Below are positions 32,882 through 40,833 of a stretch of DNA of 60,120 nucleotides, in pieces. Position numbers and translations under genes: made by a program. How positions within the stretch are numbered: the stretch's first letter is position 1; every line of letters starts with the position of its first letter. This DNA comes from a virus. The notes beneath the pieces are model-generated. The model was not told where the DNA came from. It was given only the letters and a program-made list of their open reading frames with translations, and did not search any database. The DNA is taken from positions 1-60,120 of the IMG/VR virus record IMGVR_UViG_3300020044_003577; one strand, 5' to 3'.

Positions 32882-35800
32882 TTATGCGTGAGTCATTTGA
32901 GCAATACCATATTTTATTACATTATTGTTTGTACGTAATGCTTTAAAACCTTGATCTACTTTTCCTTCAAATTCATTTGCAAAAATCTTAAACATATTTT
33001 CTGCACCACCTAATTGCTGGTAAGATTCAATCATATTAAATAAGTCTCTAAATTGTGAACCAGATACTGTTAGATTAGGTATACCATCAATCCAACCTGC
33101 TTTCTTAGCTTTATCTAATAGTTGATTGTTTTTTGCTTTAAGATCTTCCCAACTTTTAATTGGATCTTTTGATCTATTTTTAATATAGGTTTCATACTCT
33201 GGACTATGATTAGTCTTCTTATTTAAGTCATCAAAGAAAGCCCCTAATGCAGGAAAGTCTCCTTTAGTACCTATACCTACATCTGATGCACCAGCTGTTC
33301 TTCTAAACACTTCATCTTTAGCTTTGATATAAGCATTCTCTAATTGTTTAGCAAACTTCTTAATTTCAGGTATTGCCTGAGGAATTGCTACGTTATTATA
33401 AGTATTACGATAAAGATGCATTGTATCCATTGTTGTGATCAATGAATCGTGAACAGTTGCTACAGGCAAAGGTATCTTTCTATCTGCATTTAAATCTAGC
33501 ATCATTAACTTAAGTAGGTCAGCATCAGTAGATTGAATAGGCATAACACCTAATAATCTAGATAACGCAGAACCAAGAGCATTCTCAAATAAGTCAAACT
33601 TATTTTTAGCTTTATTCCAGAATGATTGGTTGGGTTTAGCAGCAGAAGCATTGTACATTCTTCTTGCTGCCTGTACTTCTACAATACCTTCAGGAGCTAA
33701 ATAGGTATTTGTTTGAACACCTTTGTCAACAGTAGTATAAGCTTGTCCTTCAGGAGTCATACCAGTACCTTCTACATCTCTGAATTGATCTGGGATAAAA
33801 CCTAAGTCAACAGATGAGTATACTGTGTCATCTCCTGTAATACCTTTTAATATAGGTATCGAGTTAATGACAGCAAACATACGACCAACCTTCTTTAGCA
33901 TACGAGTAAAGCTTGGATCAATCACTTTTCTTAAAGTTGTATCTAGTGCATTAGCTAAATCTTGAGCTGCTTCAGTTGAACTATTATAGTTAGGTAAAAC
34001 ATTTTCAGCAAATATAGCATTGTATTCTTGTGAATCTTCTAAAAAGGATAACACATGATCAAAGAACATACCAGAATCTTTACCATAAGAATTCTGCATT
34101 AAAGGTGCTTTAAATAAATCTGATGCTAACTTTTCATTTAATGCTTCACTAAAGAAAGTTTTCCAACCATCAAGTCTAGCCTTATTATCAGGAATTAAAT
34201 TAGATAAATTATCACCAATAATATTAAGAGCATAACCACGCATGTCAGATAGATTAGGGTTATAAGAACCTAATCTAATTGCAACAGTAGGTTTACTTGC
34301 ATACAATGATTGAATAAAGATACCATTTTGGTTTCCATCATCATAGTTTAAAGCACTAAGTTTAATATGACGGTTAGCCATTGCAGGATCCATTGCTGCC
34401 ATACCTAATTGAGAAAAGTCATCCCAAAGATTTTGATATGCTTGTGCTTCACCTCTAGGCATATTAGCAAGTAAGCTAACAATGTTTGATCCTTCAGATA
34501 CTTTTCCTGCTAACCAGTCATTATATTCTTTTCCTAACATACCTAGATGTTTACCAATATCAGAATTATACATTCTAATTAATTGTATTTCAGGTTGCTT
34601 TTTAATATCTTTATTTTGTACAGAAGGATCACCACTAAAGCTATAGTAATTAACTACAGCACATTCCATAAGACCAAGAGCAGTTCTTTCAGATGGTGTT
34701 AATGCCATTAAAGCTTTGTTACGAGCTTTACCTGACTTGCTAAATATACCCATTGCTTTGTCTTGTAAGTTTTTAATTTTTACAGGATCAAAGAAATGAT
34801 TAGCGTAAGTTAAACCTTGGATACCAAAGTTAAGCATCTCACGAGTAGCATTTTTAGACGCTAGTATGTCAGTACCAGCATTATTTCTGAAGAAACGTTG
34901 ATTAGCCATTGAATGAGAATAGCCTGTGTACACTACACCTTTAATTTTTTGAGCATTTTCTAAATCATATTCCATATAGTGAATAGCATTTGTTATAACC
35001 GATTTAGCGTGTTGATTTTGTAGCTCAACAAACTTAGCTCTAGATACTGGGTTATTAATATCATAATCACTAGGTGGTTTAACTCTTTGTTTAAGTTTAT
35101 TATAGTCTGATAAAGATACTTTATGACGTTTAGCAAAAGGGCTAGTAGAATAAAAACCTTCTGGACCATCTACAATATTTCTTTTGATATCTTCTAATTG
35201 CATACTAGTAGATAACATAGTCTTTGGTAAAAAGATTTCACCAATAGAACCAAACATATCTTTAACTGTTTCAGCTACAGTTTGTTTAGCACCTTCCATA
35301 GGTAAAGAATTCTTTGTACCTTGTGAACCAGGCTTAATAAAATTAGACCCAGCTATTTGTGGTACTTTAGAAGGTAAAGATCTACGTTCGTCACCTGCTA
35401 GTGCTGCTGACATATAACTTAATTCAGCTGCTAAGTCTTTTAATTCTTTAGAAGAACCATACACCCAATTATTATTTTTATCTAGCATAGGTACATGACG
35501 TTGTTGAGCAATTTCTGCTTCAACTTTAGCTTCTGCTAATTGCCTTACTGCTTCAGCAGGAATTTCCATACCTAAATTAGATAACGCATTGTGCATTGAA
35601 GCAATAGTAGAGTTAACTAAGTTTGTCTTTGGTTGGGCATCCATAAGGTTACCATTATGGTCTCTTACTTCAGCAACGTCATCAAATGAATCTGTCTTAA
35701 TACCATTTTTAAATAACCGTGATTGCTCAGTAGCTCGTGCATGTGCAATACCTAACACTGTAGATATTGGTCTGGCATATTCTAAAGGAATATTATTAGT

Positions 35801-36496
35801 ATTTAAAATTTCTAAACCAGCAGGAACACCATAGTATCCTTCAGCAGTACTTCGAATAACAGAGTCAGGACTAAACAAATCAGCTGCAGTAGCATCTGAC
35901 ACCATACCTAAGGCAGGTGCAGCAGAGTCAGCCCAACGTTTGATAAGCTCATCATCCATATTCATGAACTGAGATGTACCCGCTGGCATACTTTCTGCTT
36001 GAGATACTTCTGCTCTTGCTCTAAGAATAGCTCTACCTGCTTCTACTGGATCTTCAGTCATCAAGGCAGGAGCCATATTAGGTCTGGTAGATAAGTCAGC
36101 TTCTTGTTGTTTACTATAATCTTCCATTGTTACAGGTTGAGTTATATACTCACCAGTCTCAGGATTAAACTCAGGCATACCTTGTTCATCTTCTACTTGA
36201 CTAAGTCTTTCTCGACCAGCAAGAGATGATTGAGTAGCCTGAGCCAAATCTTCAGGAGTTGATTGTGCAGATAACCTATCTATATTAACTGGACCAGCAA
36301 TACCCCCAGCGGGTAGGGGTACTACAGGAATAGGCTGTGGATTATATACATCCATAGCTTGTTTAACTGCTTCTGTCCCAGGTATTTCTACCTGAGGTGC
36401 AGCACCAGTACCAAAGGCTTGGTTAGAGAATGCTTGCAATTGCTCTGCACTTAAAGGTGCTCTGCCTTGCGTATTTACATTTACATTAATTGCCAT
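32882..36496 (-). CDS. diverged T7/N4-type single-subunit RNA polymerase homologue in the virion module (candidate virion RNAP, 1204 aa)
   Basis: Motifs occur in canonical order: SMANQRFFRNNAGTDIL (R534); motif A LNYDDGNQNGIFIQ (D719/D720); motif B FKAPLMQNSYGK (K796, Y804-G805); GVMPIQSTDADLL; motif C ATVHDSLI (D1017). It is the last gene of the late operon, after the giant internal proteins. Confidence 0.65.
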   Translation of the reverse strand: MAINVNVNTQGRAPLSAEQLQAFSNQAFGTGAAPQVEIPGTEAVKQAMDVYNPQPIPVVPLPAGGIAGPVNIDRLSAQSTPEDLAQATQSSLAGRERLSQVEDEQGMPEFNPETGEYITQPVTMEDYSKQQEADLSTRPNMAPALMTEDPVEAGRAILRARAEVSQAESMPAGTSQFMNMDDELIKRWADSAAPALGMVSDATAADLFSPDSVIRSTAEGYYGVPAGLEILNTNNIPLEYARPISTVLGIAHARATEQSRLFKNGIKTDSFDDVAEVRDHNGNLMDAQPKTNLVNSTIASMHNALSNLGMEIPAEAVRQLAEAKVEAEIAQQRHVPMLDKNNNWVYGSSKELKDLAAELSYMSAALAGDERRSLPSKVPQIAGSNFIKPGSQGTKNSLPMEGAKQTVAETVKDMFGSIGEIFLPKTMLSTSMQLEDIKRNIVDGPEGFYSTSPFAKRHKVSLSDYNKLKQRVKPPSDYDINNPVSRAKFVELQNQHAKSVITNAIHYMEYDLENAQKIKGVVYTGYSHSMANQRFFRNNAGTDILASKNATREMLNFGIQGLTYANHFFDPVKIKNLQDKAMGIFSKSGKARNKALMALTPSERTALGLMECAVVNYYSFSGDPSVQNKDIKKQPEIQLIRMYNSDIGKHLGMLGKEYNDWLAGKVSEGSNIVSLLANMPRGEAQAYQNLWDDFSQLGMAAMDPAMANRHIKLSALNYDDGNQNGIFIQSLYASKPTVAIRLGSYNPNLSDMRGYALNIIGDNLSNLIPDNKARLDGWKTFFSEALNEKLASDLFKAPLMQNSYGKDSGMFFDHVLSFLEDSQEYNAIFAENVLPNYNSSTEAAQDLANALDTTLRKVIDPSFTRMLKKVGRMFAVINSIPILKGITGDDTVYSSVDLGFIPDQFRDVEGTGMTPEGQAYTTVDKGVQTNTYLAPEGIVEVQAARRMYNASAAKPNQSFWNKAKNKFDLFENALGSALSRLLGVMPIQSTDADLLKLMMLDLNADRKIPLPVATVHDSLITTMDTMHLYRNTYNNVAIPQAIPEIKKFAKQLENAYIKAKDEVFRRTAGASDVGIGTKGDFPALGAFFDDLNKKTNHSPEYETYIKNRSKDPIKSWEDLKAKNNQLLDKAKKAGWIDGIPNLTVSGSQFRDLFNMIESYQQLGGAENMFKIFANEFEGKVDQGFKALRTNNNVIKYGIAQMTHA

Positions 36497-39400
36497 TTAT
36501 TTTCCTTTAAAAGCATTTACAAGTTCTTCTGCCGTATAGTTACTTACTACAGGGAAACTACCAATAACAGGCATAGCTCTCATTATCTTTTTAGCGCCCT
36601 TCATTTCTTTTCCTTCAGCTATATTGTATGCACCTTCAATAGGTTTAGCTACCCATGATGCAACAGGTGAAGCACCCTTAGCTTTATCTACAGCCCATTC
36701 TAAAGGTCTTTCTGTAAATTTAGCACTACTAAATTCAATAGTAGGTGATATAGCTTCAGTTATCTTTTCTGCTTGACCAATTAAACCTGATGAATTTAAA
36801 ATACGTTGAGCTTTCTTTGCTCTACTTTTTACATAAGGGCTATCTTCACCATAAGATAATTGATCTTTAAACATATTAACAAAAGCACTCATGATTAATG
36901 TCATACCCATAGTAGCAAAAGCATCATACCTCATACCAACACTACCATTAAGAATGTGTTGCTTGTATAGTCTGGGTAGTAAAACTGCTGTAGCTGTGCC
37001 CATAAACTTTTGCATAGTAGTAATTATTTTAAACCTTGGATCATTATAAATCTTTGGTGTGTTAAATGGTTGTGGATTAACAATACGAGAATCAACAAAG
37101 TTAATTAATGCAGTATAAATATTGTCTTGTATACCTTCATACATAGGAAATTCTTGTTCTGTATTTAGAAATCCACCTTCAAAAGGAGACATACTAAATT
37201 GACTTCCCATAACATCTATTGCATTAAGCATATGAGGTACGTTTAAACCATATTGTTGTAACTGAATTAAAGCCTGTTGTTGCTCTACAGTTAAACCTTT
37301 ACCAGTAGCAAATGCAACATCACGAATAGCAGGATCAACCCCACTAAGTGTGTTAAGTTGAGTCATCATAATATCACCAGCAACACTAAGAACAGCCATA
37401 CGGTTAGCATCTGTCTGCGCTCTTAAAGAAATAGCAGAAACAAACACACCCATAATCTTACGTAGTTTGTTAGTATCAGTACCACCAAAGTCATATTTGT
37501 TAGATGCATCAAAACCAGCTTCATGAAAACCTAATCTACTAAAAGTTTTTCTATTGTAATATCTTTTATGTAAATTATCTATTTCTTTTTGAATTGCATC
37601 AAGAGATGCTTGAGAAGCATTAGGTGCATTTAATTTAGAATTTAACTCATCTAACCTTTCCTGTAAACTTACATCAGGTACTTGTCTTAAATGCTTAATA
37701 CCAAATAATGAGGCAGCAAATGATGCACCCTTAGCCATATCAGTAGCATATTCAGTAGCATATTCTTGCGCATAAGTAGAAAATTGTTTTCCTAATAATT
37801 TAGCAGGAGTACCTAAGCTTGCTAAAGTTGCTTCAGCCTGAGAAGAAATAGCTGCTTTAGATAATGAAGATAACAATGCTGCTGTAACTAAATAATTTTG
37901 TAAGGAAGATATAAAAGGACTTTCAATATTATTGTAGTCGTTATTAGTAATATCATACCATGCTCTTACTTCTGTTGTTGCAGCTTTAAAGGCTTTTTCA
38001 TCAACCACACCATTAGCATCATCAAATTCACCAGCATCTTTAGCTGCTAATAAAAGTTTACCCAGGATATTACCATCTTTTCCAAGATAAGTTGCATGCA
38101 TCACTTGATGAGCTGTTCTTTCTTTCATATGCTCAATACTATCAAGAATATTACTATGAAATATATGTTGTAAATTAGGGTTAGTAAAGAAGCCATATTG
38201 GGATAAATAGTCTACTGCAGCACTTGCTTTTGCTCTATTAGAGATATTAAGGTTATTAACAGCAGTAGTAGCCTCTGATCTTGTTGCTCCACTATTAACC
38301 ATTTCATTTACAATAAGTGGTTTATTATTATTAAGCTTAGGAACATCAATACGAGATGATTGAAATAAAGCATTTTCATCTAGCAAATGATTAAATGGTA
38401 ACCCAGCATCAATAGCAGATTGTGCCATTGATTTTCTAGTATTATCTAATTTTTCTTTCCAATTTTGAAGAATAACATTTTGTTCTGTATTAAGTGGAAG
38501 TTGTAAACCCTGAGACCAATAATTGTTATAAGCCTCTTTTACCATTTCATTAACAGACTGTTTGTTAACACCAAAACCCATTATACCAGTTAACCTAGAA
38601 GCTAAATCATATGCTCCACCATCAGACCATTTACCCATAAGTTTTTGCTGAAATACAGAAGCAGAGTCTCCTGGTAATATACCAAAACCTCCCATTATAG
38701 CTTTAAGGTAAGCTGAATTATATTTAAAGTTACCATTGCTATCTGTAATAGATGGAATAGCAGTGTGACTTAATTGTCTCCATAAAGATAATGGATCAGA
38801 TATTGTTTGTTTAATACCTTCAAACCAACCTTTGTTTGTAGCTAAACTAGCTAAAGAAGTATCAGGATATTTTGAACCTTGATTAGCTACATGCTTAGCT
38901 AATGAAGTAATATCAGCATGACCCCCAGGTTGTTTATTATCTAATAATTTTGCTTTTATTTTTTCTTGATTATCAGCTTGAAAAGCCTGTGAATCAGAAA
39001 CTGTTTTATCATAAAGTCTTTGGGCATCTACAGCTGAATGCCATCCAGCCATATCAAATGCCCCACGTGCTCCATGAAAACCAGCACCCATAACAGCACC
39101 ACCAACAAAGGCATCTTCTAGCTGGTCTTTGTAACTTAAATCATATTTATAATTACGATTCCATTGACCTGCTTGACCCAGCATTTGTAGTTCTTGCTGC
39201 ATTAATTCAGTACCACCTTCACCACCAGCAGCTATAACTGCTCTACCACCTGCTTTAGCAGCACCTTCCATAGATAACAATTGTCTTGTAGCAAATTCTT
39301 TTCCAAAGCCTGTTAATGCTAATATTTCTTGTTTAGTAGCATTTTGTAAAAGATTTTCAGCTTCTAATCTAGTTGCTGCTTTACCGTTTTGAATCATAGC

Positions 39401-40816
39401 ATTAATGACTTCTTCTTTACCTGTAACAGTAAATAATCCAGCACCTAATTTGCCTGATAAAAATTCAAGACCTACTCTATCTAATACACCTGAACCAATA
39501 CCAGCAGTAATAGCTAATGTAGCATTCTTTTTATCATCAGGTTGATCAGCATAAAATTGTCCTGTATAAAAGAAAGAACCAGGAATTGTAGACAAAGCTA
39601 TACCTAAAGAAGATCCACCAGAAGCATAAGCAGAACCCATCATAGTAACCATTTGAGGTAATGTACCTGCAAATAAATTACCTGTATAGGTTAATGTATC
39701 TTTAGCAGTATTCCACCAACCTGAATCAGTATTAATATCTCTAAATGAAGATAATGTTGCTGGTAAATCTGCCTGGGTCATCTTAATACCATTAACATGC
39801 GCTTTGGCATTGTCCTTTAGTTCATCCCAACCAGTTTTCTCACCAACCATTTCTACGTTACCCCAAAAACCTTTAGACATATCTTTAATAGCACTATAAA
39901 AGCTAGTACTCATTTGATCATGGGCTTGGTTCATTATAGTTCTGTCATTACTACGGAACTGTACACCACCTACTACATCAGGTAAATAAGAAGCATAAAA
40001 CATCTGTTGTTGTGCTGCTTCTTTTTGCTTTAATAGTTTAGCTTTAATTTCAGGAGGTATTTGTTGACCACCACCTGTTGTGTAAGACATAGCACCTTCA
40101 AAGCCTACTGCATTAAAGTCAGGTATTAATTCAGGTCTACCTTCACTGGCTAATATAGCATCAATCTTTTTGATAGTATCTCTGGCATTATTAATACCTC
40201 TGATACCTGTACTGTTTTTATATGCAGCATATTGTTCTTCGTTAAAAGCATTTATCTTAGGGACATACTGGCGTCTTCCAGCTTCAGCAAATTCTTTGTC
40301 TCTACGTTCATTTTCTTTAACTACTTCTGCTAATATAGGATCTCGTTTAGCTCTTTCAGGAAAAGCTTTTATGATAGCTTGTGTATTGTAATACTCCTCA
40401 GCAGAATCTTTATCAGTAAATTGGTTAGGTGCTACTATACCTGTTCTTGATAAGAAGTTAGCAGCATTTTCACCAGTAGTAGGATTAACAAGTTTAGCTA
40501 CTCCACGATCATAACTTTTTTTACCAGTAGGTTGTAAGTCAGTAAATTCTGCTTGGTTAAGTATCTTAGGTATTTGAGGTGATACCCCTTGCTCTTGTGG
40601 AGGAAGGAATATACCATCATATCTATGTGCAACCTCAGGTGCATTGTAACCTTCAATACGATAATCTTTATTATTTACTTTAACAGTATCAGGATCAACC
40701 CACTTCTGAGGGCCTTGAACCTTTTTACTGTTAATAGTTAAAGCAGAGCCTGAAGAAGGGGCTATAGCTGCATTATCAGCAAGTACATCATTAACATAGT
40801 CATCTAACGATTTCAT
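36497..40816 (-). CDS. giant internal virion/ejection protein (1439 aa) with N-terminal SNase-like nuclease domain
   Basis: Residues ~30-135 read VDPDTVKV..YRIEGYNAPEV..SYDRGVAKLVNPTTGENAANFLSRTGIVA. These parallel staphylococcal nuclease DGDTVKL / FRLLLVDTPE / [19 protein letters not shown]. The rest contains Gly/Ala-rich hydrophobic segments typical of ejection proteins. Confidence 0.6.
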   Translation of the reverse strand: MKSLDDYVNDVLADNAAIAPSSGSALTINSKKVQGPQKWVDPDTVKVNNKDYRIEGYNAPEVAHRYDGIFLPPQEQGVSPQIPKILNQAEFTDLQPTGKKSYDRGVAKLVNPTTGENAANFLSRTGIVAPNQFTDKDSAEEYYNTQAIIKAFPERAKRDPILAEVVKENERRDKEFAEAGRRQYVPKINAFNEEQYAAYKNSTGIRGINNARDTIKKIDAILASEGRPELIPDFNAVGFEGAMSYTTGGGQQIPPEIKAKLLKQKEAAQQQMFYASYLPDVVGGVQFRSNDRTIMNQAHDQMSTSFYSAIKDMSKGFWGNVEMVGEKTGWDELKDNAKAHVNGIKMTQADLPATLSSFRDINTDSGWWNTAKDTLTYTGNLFAGTLPQMVTMMGSAYASGGSSLGIALSTIPGSFFYTGQFYADQPDDKKNATLAITAGIGSGVLDRVGLEFLSGKLGAGLFTVTGKEEVINAMIQNGKAATRLEAENLLQNATKQEILALTGFGKEFATRQLLSMEGAAKAGGRAVIAAGGEGGTELMQQELQMLGQAGQWNRNYKYDLSYKDQLEDAFVGGAVMGAGFHGARGAFDMAGWHSAVDAQRLYDKTVSDSQAFQADNQEKIKAKLLDNKQPGGHADITSLAKHVANQGSKYPDTSLASLATNKGWFEGIKQTISDPLSLWRQLSHTAIPSITDSNGNFKYNSAYLKAIMGGFGILPGDSASVFQQKLMGKWSDGGAYDLASRLTGIMGFGVNKQSVNEMVKEAYNNYWSQGLQLPLNTEQNVILQNWKEKLDNTRKSMAQSAIDAGLPFNHLLDENALFQSSRIDVPKLNNNKPLIVNEMVNSGATRSEATTAVNNLNISNRAKASAAVDYLSQYGFFTNPNLQHIFHSNILDSIEHMKERTAHQVMHATYLGKDGNILGKLLLAAKDAGEFDDANGVVDEKAFKAATTEVRAWYDITNNDYNNIESPFISSLQNYLVTAALLSSLSKAAISSQAEATLASLGTPAKLLGKQFSTYAQEYATEYATDMAKGASFAASLFGIKHLRQVPDVSLQERLDELNSKLNAPNASQASLDAIQKEIDNLHKRYYNRKTFSRLGFHEAGFDASNKYDFGGTDTNKLRKIMGVFVSAISLRAQTDANRMAVLSVAGDIMMTQLNTLSGVDPAIRDVAFATGKGLTVEQQQALIQLQQYGLNVPHMLNAIDVMGSQFSMSPFEGGFLNTEQEFPMYEGIQDNIYTALINFVDSRIVNPQPFNTPKIYNDPRFKIITTMQKFMGTATAVLLPRLYKQHILNGSVGMRYDAFATMGMTLIMSAFVNMFKDQLSYGEDSPYVKSRAKKAQRILNSSGLIGQAEKITEAISPTIEFSSAKFTERPLEWAVDKAKGASPVASWVAKPIEGAYNIAEGKEMKGAKKIMRAMPVIGSFPVVSNYTAEELVNAFKGK

Positions 40817-40833
40817 AATAACCCCTTTTCAGT

